A DNA stretch of 64,000 nucleotides. Source: Adineta vaga. Taxonomy: Eukaryota; Animalia; Rotifera. The stretch lies in assembly GCA_021613535.1 (NCBI GenBank), contig CP075492.1:124001-188000 (forward strand), written 5' to 3'. The translations under genes were made by a program, and so were the position numbers. Below the pieces are notes generated by a model. It was not told where the DNA came from, did no database searches, and was given only the letters and a program-made list of their open reading frames with translations. Shown in pieces: positions 26,338 to 38,958 of the stretch. Each line of letters opens with the position of its first letter. Position 1 is the first letter of the stretch.

Positions 26338-29300
26338 TTATGTGCATGAGTTTATAAAAATAGATAATTCGTTAGATATATCACTGATTACTGCCAGATC
26401 CAATTTCTTATCATTATTAAAATCACCTGATCTAACAAAATTTGGATGATTATTGACTTTATACTTTTGTTGAGCTCCAAATGTTCCCTTTCCATTACCG
26501 AGAAACACGCTAATAGTATTGTCACCATAATTGGCTGTAACTAAATCCACTTTGTTATCATTGTTCCAATCACCTGATAATATCGAATTTGGATATGTAC
26601 CAGCCTCAAATGTAGATGCAGTATAAAAACTTGCATTTCCATTGTTAAACAATATGGTAATAGTACTTGGGCCGATACCGATCACTGCCAAATCTAGGTT
26701 TGCATCGTTATTAAAATCACCTGATGTCACATCGAATGGATCGTTACCAGCTGCATATTTTCGCTGAGTCTGAAATATACTGTTTCCATTACCGAGCAGT
26801 AAACTAACAGTATTTTCACCTTCATTGACTACTACCAGATCAAGTTTATTATCATTATTAAAATCACCCAATAGTAAACTTCTAGGTCTACTGCCAACCA
26901 TATATTTCAGTTGAATTTGAAATGTTCCATCACCATTGCCAATTAATAAGCTAATAGTATCTTCATTTAGATTAACGGTTGCTAGATCGACCGTGCTATC
27001 ATTATTGAAATCAGACATTATAATAAATCGTGGACCGTTACCGACGGTATATTTCTGTTGAGTTTGAAATGTTCGATTTCCATTATTAAGCAATACACTG
27101 ACAGTATTCTCAGCGAAGTTAGCTGTTGCTAGATCAAGTTTGTTATCATGATTAAAATCACCTGATATCACTGACCATGGTTGATGACCAGTTGTATACT
27201 TAATTTCAATTATAAATGTTCCATCACCATTCCCAAATAGTACACTTATTGTTTGTTCATCGATGATGGCTACTATCAGATCCAATTTATTGTCATGATT
27301 AAAATCACCTGATATTACATAATATGGTCTGCTGCCAACTACATATTTTATTTGAGTCTGAAAAGATCCATTTTGATTACCAAACAGGACGCTGACAGTA
27401 TCCTCTCCTACGTTGGTTGTAACTAGATCTAGGTTGCTATCATTATTAAAATCACCTAATATTAAAGTCATTGGTCCACTACCAGTCGTTAGCAAATCTT
27501 GCGATTGAACCGTTCGATTTCCATTGAGAAGTAAAATACTGATGGAATTACCATATAGATTAGCCGTTGCGAAATCTAGTACTTTATCATGATTGAAGTC
27601 ACCTGATATCACATCGACTGGCGCAAGTCCAATGACATACTTCATTACCATTGAGAAAGTTCCATTGCCACTACCGAGAAATAGGGTGAGTGTATTTTCT
27701 TTTTCAGTACCCACCAAAAGATCCAATTTATTATCATTGTTATAGTCACCGGTTATTATAGAACTTGGAAAAACACCAGCTGCATATTTGTACTGAGTTT
27801 GAAAAGTTGCATTTCCAATGTTGAGCAGCACACTAATAGTGTTGTCAACAGAGTTAGCGACTGCCAAATCCGGTTTACTATCATTGTTAAAATCACCGGA
27901 AATGACTGCAAATGGTGCAGCACCGGTAGCATATTTTATTTGCGTCTGAAAATTACCATCTCTAATACCAAGAAATATACTGAGAGTGTTCTCGCCACGA
28001 TTAACCACTACTAAGTCTAATAATGTATCGTTATTCAAGTCGATTGATATCATATAATAGGGGTTATAGCCTGTATTATATTCACCTTGGATTTGCAAGC
28101 TTCCATTTTCATTACCAAGCATTATACTCATGGTACTTTGACCTTCGTTAGCTACTGCTACGTCCAGTTTACTGTCAAGATTGAAATCACCTGACACCAT
28201 CGAACATGGATTAATCCCGGTCCTGTACTTATATAATCCTTGTAGCGTCCCATCCCCATTACCAAATAGTATGGTCACAGTATCTTCATTGTGACTGACA
28301 ACTGCTACATCAAGTCTTTTATCATTGTCGATGTCACCGGGTGTCAACGATATTGGATTGTTACCAGTGTGATAAGTAGTTGAAGATGTATAAGGATTTG
28401 AACATATATTCACTAAAATTTTATACAAATCAAAAGTATATTAATCAATAGAAGATGTAAAAGAAATATTAAAAAAAAATATACATGTATTGCTTGTATT
28501 AGTGCTTTTACCAGCTCTGGAACCTAAAACACTACCAACAATAATTGCTGCGAGAAGCAGTATTGTTAATGAACTGATCGGAACGAAAAATTTTTTTCGA
28601 CGAAACCATCTCTTTCTAAACAATTGAATAAGAAGGTTTTATCAACAATAAAAAGATTATTCACTCTATTTTTGGATAAAGTAATGCATCTATAGATACA
28701 GAAATCAATGAATTAAAAGTGTTTCAATGAAAATGTTTAAATACCTTTGAATGGGAGCTCAAATAAGCTTTGTTCGGGTATCTTTTGTTTCAGATGAATG
28801 ATGTACATATCAGATTCTTGAGGTAATTTTGCTCGCATTTCCAGATATGTTCCCGGAAGTAAGAGAATTTCGTCTTCGGTAGCATAATGTGAATGAGGAC
28901 GTATGTCTCTACCATTGATAATCTCGATAGAAAGGAGAGTTCTTGTACCAGTATTGCCGAAGAAGAGATTACTCTTCATTACACGAAGATTCGTTGTAGA
29001 TGATGAGAAAGCCCACCATATCTTATGACATCCATCTGGAAAATCGTCACTAATATTTTTTTTTACTCCACGCCAAACAATCTGTGAAGATGCACATGGT
29101 ATTTTGACTAAAGCAGTGAGCAAAAGTTTTAGATATTTAAACCACAACCGTAATGCTTCATGATCAGATTTTGTAAGAGCTTCATTGAGAATGAAATACA
29201 GACTTTTCTGTCTGCTTTCCCATTCCATAGTGTAGAGACGAATCGATGCTGATTCATCGCGAGTCAAGTCATCGGCTGGTACTTGTGCAGTTTCTTTCAA

Positions 29301-29510
29301 TGCTGTCGAAGCATATTTCATTATATTTTCGACAGTAGAGACCAATGTTCTACATGCATCGAGAAGCGAATCACATGTCTCCTGAGCGTAACCATTAAAC
29401 GGACAAATTCTATTCGAACTGTCAGGATGAGATATTCTCGAATTTTCAGAATCCGACAGTAATAGACGAGAATTCACATGCATAGTACCTAATTCAATGT
29501 TTTCACTCAT
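26338..29510 (-). CDS. ART-domain / transmembrane / FG-GAP (VCBS) repeat protein, 4 exons, ~1000 aa
   Basis: Exon 1 ART (IRLYT, VWRG, FSSST, EDEILL); ~25-nt microexon near 28665-28689; TM exon; final exon with ~14 GDFNNDxxLD repeats; GT-AG junctions keep the frame. Confidence 0.85.
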
Positions 29511-30293
29511 TTGATCAACAAACGCTTCACTACTGTTTTTTTCTTCTTATCGGGATGGTTTTATTATCTAGAACAAAAAGACATAAAGAATAGGGAAAAA
29601 GAGCATCATTTCAAAACATATCAACAAGAAAATTAACTAAAGTCTGATGGACAAATATGCATTCTACCGTCTTATTATAGAAAGAAAATATGAAAAATGA
29701 AGAAACCAACATCGAAGAGATTGTTTTTCGCGACACTTTCCTCTTTAATTACCATGCATTTATGATACATATCACGCAAAAAAAGTGTAAATGAGTCTGA
29801 CTCATGTTTATCTTTCGCAATCACAAGAAAGATACGATAAATATCATATATTAAAATAAATGAGGTACCCGTTTTACTACCTTTTTCCTTTTTAGACTAA
29901 GTATGACAGCGTTAATGATGTATTAGAAAAAACGACTCGTTTATTTTTTTTATCTGTAGAAGAAATGCCAGGTGAGACAGCGAACATGAAAGCATCAAAC
30001 TATAGAAAATTTCATTGCGGATATTATTTATCTATTGGAATCAAGGGGGGAAAAGCGATTTATGATTTAGTGATTTGAAATGATTTAAGGTGATTTAAAA
30101 CTCATGTAAATCAAGCTTCACAAGAGGAGTTCAAGATGGTACAAGATTACTATTTTCCTAAAAATACACGTGGATCATATAAATGCTAGTACTTATTTTT
30201 TATTCAGATAGCCTATCAAGTAATTATTGAAATAAGCGGCCAGTCGATATATGTGAAAAGTTAGGAATCTACGGATGCACAAGTCATAGATTT

Positions 30294-30315
30294 GAGGGTG
30301 GGTGGAGTGGGTGAG
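30294..30315 (+). repeat. Short telomere-like tract adjoining a hammerhead ribozyme
   Basis: gagggtgggtggagtgggtgag. Confidence 0.65.
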
Positions 30316-30321
30316 TCAAGC

Positions 30322-30369
30322 ATACCAAGACGCGTTTCGACCTTGCTGAAGGGCCTCATCAGTTGGTAT
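30322..30369 (-). ncRNA. Type I minimal hammerhead ribozyme (PLE-type)
   Basis: Minus strand ATACCAA-CTGATGA-GGCCCTT cagc AAGGTC-GAAAC GC GTC-TTGGTAT: full catalytic core, 7-bp stem I, stem II, palindromic mini stem III. Confidence 0.9.
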
Positions 30370-32551
30370 TGATTATGTAATCACTCAGATGCTCGAAAGA
30401 TCACAAGTAAATTACTTAATCTGCAGAATTTTGAGAACACTGAAGTGTTCTTATAGCAGATATCTATATAACAGTGGTGAGTCAAGCACACACTGAAAAA
30501 AAAAGGAGTTCTACCGAACCTAAAAGGTTTTCTATGCTTCCACTGAACGATTTTAAGTTCAGAAAAGTGAAAAACGTTTCGTGCTTGATATACTAAACTA
30601 TTTTAAGTTCAGCAGGCTCGAGAAGGTTCGGCAGTTGAGAGCAAAAAACCATCTGAAGGTTTTCTATGCGATTCACGAAACCACCGATAGTTCTATAATA
30701 TGTTCACAGAATTATCAGCGGTTTCGCAATCTAACGACAGGTTTCGTCTATCGTCTACCAAACTATTCCTATTTTCGTAGGCCATTTGATGGTTCAGGAG
30801 AATTTACACTATACCATCGGTGGTTCGTTAGTTTTGAAAAAGTTCAGGAGATTTTAAACTAAACCAAACGTGGTTTCGTCCGAGTTGGCCGGAATCAATA
30901 ATAAGTTCACGAATCCTTAAAAGCTCAGTATATTTAATGTAAAATCCTTCGGAGTTTCGTATGTCAAATGAAGGTTCAGTATATTCAATACCGATCGATC
31001 ATGAGCTTCGTACAACATACACGAATCTTTACAAGCTTCAAAAATTCACCAAAAGTTCAGCATGTTCATTACGAAACTCATCATGGCTCTGTATGTCATG
31101 TGCTGAACCAATGACAGACTATGTATGTTTCAAAAAGTTCAGAATAATTCATGCGAAACTTTTTATCACCCGATATTGTTTCTGAAGGTTCGGTTTTATG
31201 TACAAAGAACGATTCATAGTTTCGAATAAATCCATAAAGGTAACGTACAATTTATACAGAACGATTACCAATTCAGTCAGAAAAACGAAGGTTTCGCACA
31301 CATAGTGCCGAACATTCTTTGACTTAGTCAGGCTAGTATTGGTTTTGTGCGTTTTATACGGAAGCAGACATAGTTCTGTCAGTTTCAAGACGGTTTCGTA
31401 CTTTCAGCATAAAACCTTCAGAATCCAGTAACTCGTCTGAAGGTTTCCTTGTCATCACACAGAACGATACATAGCTTCGTATATTTGAACGTAGTTTAGT
31501 ATAACTTCTGCGGAACCATCAATGGTGTCGTATTGTGGCTTAGGGTTGGGCAGATTTCTTGCCTAACAGTCCAAGGTTTCGTATACTCACTCATGGTTTG
31601 GTAAAATTTATACAAAACTATCAAGGGTTCGGTTCAACTTCTGCGGAACTATCAGTAACTTCGTACACTAGCCTAAGTTTTGGTAGGATTTATTCTAAAC
31701 TGTCCAGGGAATCGTAAAGCGAGTAAAGGTTTGGTAGAGGTTCTTCGAAACCATCGACGGTTCCGTACACGTACTCATAGTTTGGCGAAAATTATACGAA
31801 ACTGTCAACTGTTTCTTATCATTACGCTAGGCTCCATAGAGTTTTTGCCAAACGGTCGCTAGCTTCGTACATTGGCCAAAGGTTTGAGAAAAAATGGCCC
31901 TAAACTATGATGAGTTCTGTATGGTTGTAACAGGTTCAGTATAGCTTTCACGAAACAATTCACAATTTCGTAGAACAAGTGGGGGCTTGGAAGAAGTTTC
32001 AACCAACTATCAACTGTTTCATACAGCGATTCAAGGTTTCATAGGATATATTCAAATATATGAACATACTCCTATACTTTGAAGTGGTTCGGTGTAAGTT
32101 GTACGAAACGATGAATGCACTCGTGAGGACTGTTAGAGATCAGCGGACTTTCTACCAAACCATTGACAGGCGTCATTGGTTCATTTATCAAACGGAGAGG
32201 ACTCAGTGAAATGTATGACTATTCGCATCGGCCGACGTCCATTTTTCAATAGACCGTTAGATGAGATCCTATAAGTATCAATGCAGTTTTCATTCAATAT
32301 TCTTTTCTTATATTTTTCACTAGTCTGTCACGTATAGCTTTTCAAATTGGCCGACGTACACTTCTCAATAGGCCGACACGCAATTTAGTAAATGATAATA
32401 TGTTATAAACTACGTTCTATCTTCTTGACTGTTTAGAATCAACGTCAATGGAGTCATTGGGATGGCCAACATCTACTCACACCTTCACAGCACCTTCAAG
32501 TGCTGGTGAAAATATGAGTGGACCTTCAAAAGATACTTTTGAAGAATATAT

Positions 32552-35500
32552 GGGTGAATTGCGCCCGTATTGTACCGTTGACTTTACAACACAAAAGTCA
32601 ATATATCTCAGCTTCTATTCGACAGATTTTTATAATTTTTTTTTTCAAATACTTGTCAGAGTCTATTCAATCTACCAAACAATTATAAAGCTTTTCTATC
32701 TGTCGTGATTATGAAATTTTCCAATGAAAATATAAAAACTCATGCTTTATGGCGCCATCTATCGACGAAAAACGCCTCACCAGTCTCAAATTTTGATTGG
32801 ATAATTATAATTTTTTTCAACGGTTTTGTAGTTAAGACTTTCCTCTTTCTAATGGTATAAGTTGATGGCAGGGTTGAAATCGATTTGAATATCAAATCTT
32901 GCAAAAACTATGCCGACATTCACTTCGATCGTTTTTGTCACGTCAGATTAAATTCGATCTATAAAAGCTAAATTGAAAGCAAACTAAAATTTATTTTTTA
33001 CGTTAAATAGCTGAAGGGTCGAGAAATATTTTGATAAAAAAAATTTCTAAAAGCCTTATAAATTCAATGAAAAAAGTCGAATTTAGGGACGAGAAGTAGT
33101 CATTGTCGTACTAAATGTCACGTCAGATTTTCTATTTTGTCTGTTTGATATCTCGAGAACTACTCATTATTTTTCTCTAATTTTTTTACCATTTTTAACT
33201 AACTATGAGCTAAAACTATGATAAAAATTTCAGCTCTGAAAAACGTACCGTTGAAGAGAAAACGCACTTTTACTTCAAAAATGTCACGTCAGATTTTTTC
33301 GTAAGAAAATGTCACGTCAGATTGAGTCAACAAGTATTTTACGAAAATAAATATTTTGTCTACCTTGTTGAATAGAAAATAGACGCTCTATGGCAGAGGA
33401 ATGTTAATAAATTAATCAATCAAGATATTTGCCTTCATATCATCATAGCATTGGAGAACACATAGAAAACTTGAACTATTGATAAAGGCTTATGTATACA
33501 TTTATGCATGTAAATATTTCATTTCTGATCAACTTTAAGATTAAATACTATTTTCAATGAGCTCAAAAAAAACAGCAAAGAGCGCAGCTGCTGTGTATAG
33601 TCAAAAATATCGTGAAAAAATTCGAATGAAACGATTACAAAGTAAAAACTTCGATAAACAGTATAAAAAAAGCGTAGCAGCACGACAAGCATTATATCGA
33701 GCAAAAAAGAAACAACAACAACAACAACAATTACCAACTATATCAACATCGTTAACAAAATCTGATGTTCGGAAGATTGAAGGCATTCATCGTCGTCGAG
33801 TGAATACAGCAAAATTACATTCAGAGATACGTAAATTACAAAATTTAACTAATCAATTACAAATAGAGAATAAAAAATTAAAAGCACAATCAGTGCCTTC
33901 TGCATCATCAGCATCACAACAAACCATAACAAATAACACAACAATTACATCACCATCAAAAATTCTTCTCCAAAATCTCAGTCCAAATGCTAAAGGTCGT
34001 GCCGTCGCACGTATGATGCTGCAAAAGCCTGATTTACCACGGGGTAGTAATAAAGCTATTCGAGATAAATTTGGAATCAATGTAAGTTGTTGATCATTTT
34101 CTTATATCTCTATTATTGAGAATTTTTTTCATCCAGTTATCAAATCAAAATTTACCATTAACAACAACGACTACAACTTCAAGAGAACTCGGTTATATTA
34201 TTGAAGAATTTCTAAATGATGATGAGATAACTCGATTGGCACCTGATAAAAAAAAGTCATTGATGGTAAACAGGTTCGATTTCTGTTAAGTCATTTGATA
34301 AATCTGCATCAGAGATTTATATGCGAAATGAAGTATGATTGCTCGTATTCAACTTTCACACGACACATCCCATCCTATATTATCTCACCGAAACCGAGTG
34401 AATGGGGAACCTGTCTTTGTATGACATGTTTAAACCCGCAATTAAAAGTGGAAAGACTTCATCAGTTGAAAAATGTCCAACCTATTTTGCACAATTTGTC
34501 AACTTTAATGACAAATGACTTATCATCAATCATTGACGATGAAAGTAAGATTGAAGAGATATTAAATGAGCTAAAACTATTAGAAACGGAAACGTTTATG
34601 ATTACTTATGTGCAATGGATTAAGAAGAAAAGTGAACAAAGCAGTGGTTTACATTCGACGAAAACAACGATTACAGATAAAATGAATACCTTTTGCATGA
34701 AATTCACTGAAGAAATATCCGTAAGTATTTCAAAACAGGAACAGAGGAGGGACAAAGTATCTGTATCATTCATTATCAATTACTTATTATTTAGAAATTT
34801 CAAGAACACATGAAATTCGTTCGTGCTCAATTTAGAGGTGCAAAATTACTTCGACAATCAGCATTACGGGATGATAATGTAATAACTTTACAAATTGACT
34901 GGTCAGAGAACTATCATCTAAAACAAGCGAGAGAGGAACGCTGTAAGTTGTCATAAAAACTCGACTGATATCATTTAAACATACTCTTAATGTTATTCTT
35001 TATTTATAGCTGCTTATTATTATGAGCAACATATTTCAATAGCGACTGGATATGTATGGCAGAAGGATAATTGTTTTAGTTTTGGGTGTCTGTCTGATGA
35101 AACAAGTCATTTATCAGAGAGTACATGGGCAGCTATTGATGACCTATTAAATGAATTGTTAGATAAAAAAGCTGCAAAACAAATTACTGAACTAAATATC
35201 ATATCTGATTCTCCATCTAGTCAATACAGAAACAAAACCACCATCTACTTTTTGAAAAATTATGCTACTAATAAACAACTTACAATGAGATGGTTATTTC
35301 TGGAAAGTGGACATGGTAAAGGTGTGCCAGATGGAGTTGGCTCTACCCTTAAACGATTATTTGATGATGTAATTCGATTGAATCCGGATGAAGTATTCAA
35401 TGGTGTTGATGATTTATTACATAAAATAAAGGATTCAACAACTATTCGACTTTATTCTTATACGAAAAAAGACATCGATGCACTCAAAGAAAATATTCCA

Positions 35501-36172
35501 TCACTAACAACAGTTAAAGGTACATCTCTGTTTCACGAAATAATTGCAAAACCAAATGGACAAATCTTTGCCAAAAATAGATCAGATGAACAAGAAACTT
35601 TAATAAAAATCAACTTTTAGGATCTTCATTAATAATCGAGACAGTATGGTTGATCCTGTTTTTTTTCTATTCAAATCAACTTTTTTTGTGTACTATCAAT
35701 AATGTCTTTCTCAGATACGTTCTCGTTGTAAAAAATTTTTAATGAAATAAACATTGACATTATCGTTGAAGATTCTCGTTCTTATTGTTGTCTCGAAGAA
35801 ACGTTATCAAAAAAAGACAGAAGCTACTCAGTGTATCTCTCAGAAAAATATGTTTTGACAACTATAATAATGATAGTATATGATGATATCTGATTGCTAA
35901 AAACTTTTTTTCAAAATAATTCGATTGAAATATAAACTTAAGGTAAATATTTTTAATTAGAAATTTCGTTTTACCGACCAACATGAAGTTATTCATCTAT
36001 TTCAAAATGGTTGATTTTCTCGTAAACAAAAAACTTGGTAGTTGGGAAAATGCTCAAAGTATATACAACAAATATAGCTCTATCGAACGTGCAGGTCAAA
36101 TTTCTTCTCTATTTACTTTTATTTTTTTTCCGTTTTTTTTCTCGAACGGTACAATACGGGCGCAATTCACCC
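32552..36172 (+). mobile_element. Sola2-like DNA transposon
   Basis: Perfect 28-bp TIR GGGTGAATTGCGCCCGTATTGTACCGTT; ATAT 4-bp TSD; repeated TGTCACGTCAGATT motifs in the left arm. Confidence 0.85.
33557..35620 (+). CDS. Sola2-like DDD transposase, multi-exon, one apparent frameshift
   Basis: CLCMTCLN, IDWSENY, SDSPSSQYRN, GHGKGVPDGVG motifs; introns at ~34082, ~34721, ~34943; -1 shift in the A8 run near 34250. Confidence 0.8.
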
Positions 36173-36593
36173 ATATTCTGAAGTGGCTGAATACGGAGCC
36201 TGTAGGATGATAATTAAAAAAGGGGTGTTTCACTAAATTAAAAGGAGGATTGATGCAGAGAAGGTTTCGCAGCTATGGATTATCACCGAACCTTTTTTAA
36301 GATAGATTCAGAAGGTTCTGTACAGTACCTGTGGTACGAAACCTTTTTCCTCATCATGAAAAAAATTTTCGTAGTAAACCTTTGCTACGGACTCTCAGTT
36401 CTCAAATTTTTTACTAAGGTTTTATCCGGAACCTTTATTGTACTAAACCAAAAAAGGATCGTCCCGTGTATCGGCGGAAAGATCCTTTTTTGGTTCGGTA
36501 AAACTCCTTTTTTTTCAGTGTGCATGTACACCTTAAGTTGCACAAAATCAATTCCTTTCAGTAGAGGGGTTAGCAACGCCCACGTTGCGTTAT

Positions 36594-37181
36594 TTATTCT
36601 TTAAGAGAAAACCAATCTTGAATAACTAAATGTGTTATTGAACTAAATTGTTCTGTTTGAAATGGTACTTCTAATGAATTCGATTCTTCTTTTATTGATA
36701 TTTTAAAATATTTTAATGAAGATAATCGAAATATTTGTTGGTATAAACAAGTTTTATTCCAGATAAAATAATTACAAAATAAAATTAATGAAGAAAGGTT
36801 AGATAAGAATAATAGACTTTTACAAAGATCTTCTAAATCTCTTGTTAAAATATCATCAATAATTAATGTTTGAAGATGAGTGAATTGTGAAATAACTGAA
36901 GGAGATGAAAAAAAGAATTGAATAACAAATGGATTTGATAAATGAAGTGATTCAATTCGATGTTGATTTAGAAGAATTAGATTTTTATAATAAAAATTAA
37001 CTATTGGTTTTGATATTGAACCAAGATGAATTTGAATTGGTAAAGTTGAATTAACGAAAAGATTTTGAAAACGTTGATTAAGATTAACAAAAATTGCATA
37101 AGATTGAAAATAATCAAAATATTCAAATATTTCATAAACTATTTCATTTGCAGGATCTTCAAACTTCACTTTTTTTATCAT
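36594..37181 (-). pseudogene. F-box/LRR-like protein, 3'-truncated
   Basis: FEDPANEIVYEIFEYFD...NLNQRFQNL, LRR-like repeats; stops abruptly next to the mobile-element block. Confidence 0.7.
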
Positions 37182-37789
37182 TATATCGATGAAATAACAA
37201 AAAATGATAGGATAACACCCACTGTCTTTGTAAAAAACTAATAAAACAACTTGGAACAAAATATGTGAAATCAACGTGTGTTGTTTTTTTCCTTCTTCTG
37301 ATATACATACTACAAACAAGAAAAATGTTTTTTTTTCCTCTGAATTGATTATGTATGACTCATCTTGTGAGAGGGACTGAGGGAGATAATACGTTTGCAA
37401 TACACAAAATTATGAATCATTGTTTTATTAGGGTTTAAAAACCTAGAATAAAATAACTAATACATTATTTATGTTTCGCTATAAACGAATGGTTGAACTT
37501 TGATCCATCACACAATCGATAGATATATTTTGCGATTAAATTGCATTTTTTTATCTTTTCATATAAAAATGAATCAAAACTTTCGATTGGTAATCAATGT
37601 AAAAATACTATTTTTTTCGGTAATTATATCTGTTTATACAAACGACTTCAAGATGACGACGTGCATGAATAATCGTTGACATTTGAATCTAAGCAAATTA
37701 GAAAGTAATTCCGAAGAATACAATTCGATATTGTTCAATTCTGTCTTTCAATAGTCTATTAGAATGTCCTAGTGTCAAAATAAATGAAA

Positions 37790-37837
37790 AGGGTAGGTGT
37801 AGGTCAGGACACCACGACGATACCCATACACCCTCAC
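37790..37837. repeat. Degenerate inverted telomere-like tract
   Basis: agggtaggtgtaggt...acccatacaccctcac. Confidence 0.5.
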
Positions 37838-38373
37838 TTATCCTCCTTATCAACTAAATTGTTGTCAAGTCAATCAATAATAACAGAAGTATTAACGATA
37901 AAATCAACCTCCACAATATGATCGTTATACAAAATCTTTTGTGCGAAGGGGTGTGGGTGAAGAGTAATTGATGATCAAAGAACAAGACTCACATCTATTA
38001 CTATTCAACAAACTGTACTTTATACATAAGAAGAAAACATTCATTGTTTTAAAAATATCTCAAATCTATTTTTTAGTAACTTTATTCTTATAGAATTCAA
38101 CAGTCTTCATTCATTAAAATAAATTGATATTATAATTTATATATTAACAACGATTTACATGACTTATAGAATATTTAACCTATGACAAGTAGAAGTCAAA
38201 TAAAAATAATTCTAATAAACAACAAAACTTTTTCATAATTAGAATTTATTTAATGATATTGAATAATCTTTTTGATCAATATCTGAACTCATAATGTAAC
38301 TGAGCCATTATCTTGAAATTAAAAATAATAAAAGATTCTTTAGTACTCTTTATTTCAAATAAATACGTAGTTT

Positions 38374-38958
38374 TTAAATATCAACACAAAATCGTAGCAG
38401 ATTCTCTTCGAACAATTCAGCCCAAATTTTTTGTGCTGTTTCAATAATCATTGCGTCTTGTTCTTCAGATTTAACTTTTTTTATTTCTAATGAATGTGTT
38501 GTTTCCATGTGGATCTCCCAACCATGAGAGTCACCGTTCATCTGGCAACGCGCCGCTTGTTCCTGTGCCCTTTGTAGTCGCTCTTCATCGGATGACAAAA
38601 AGAAGAAGCTCTTTTCTAAATCGAAAGCGTATTTTTTGCAGATACGGGTAACTGAATCGGGAATATTTTCAGATGATGACTGTGCAACAGGAACCATTAC
38701 CCAACCAAAGCGATCACTTGTTTTGTCTGAGTAAGGAAATGTAAAATATCGACCACGTGTTAAATCTTCACGAAACCATTCAATATCATCTTCAATATCT
38801 GTTTTACAAATTTCCTGTGGTGTCAGATATTTGAGGAGGGAGTCGAATCTGCAGTTCAGACGGGCGAATGAATAGTAGCGATCGTGGAGACGGAGTTTTT
38901 TTAAGATGATAATCAGCAATTCATCTGGCAAAACTTCGAACTTTGTAGTTGAAGACAT
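38374..38958 (-). CDS. F-box-like protein with unknown C-terminal domain
   Basis: MSSTTKFEVLPDELLIIILKKL...FARLNCRFDSLL; open frame. Confidence 0.7.
   Translation of the reverse strand: MSSTTKFEVLPDELLIIILKKLRLHDRYYSFARLNCRFDSLLKYLTPQEICKTDIEDDIEWFREDLTRGRYFTFPYSDKTSDRFGWVMVPVAQSSSENIPDSVTRICKKYAFDLEKSFFFLSSDEERLQRAQEQAARCQMNGDSHGWEIHMETTHSLEIKKVKSEEQDAMIIETAQKIWAELFEENLLRFCVDI

Larger units (their letters stand above)
30489..36522. mobile_element. Non-autonomous CACTA/CMC-like TIR element hosting a nested insertion
   Basis: TIR CACACTGAAAAAAAAAGGAGTT(C/T)TACCGAACC at both ends; CA on both flanks (2-bp TSD); long degenerate GGTTTCG/CGAAACC subterminal repeats. Confidence 0.8.

Noticed and set aside
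27799-28014. Antisense ORFs over real genes (also 3539, 9527, 48503, 48738, 57176, 60421)
   Set aside because: Shadow frames of the opposite-strand coding sequence
30581-31862. ORFs within the CACTA-like arm
   Set aside because: They lie in degenerate subterminal repeats and have no recognisable domains
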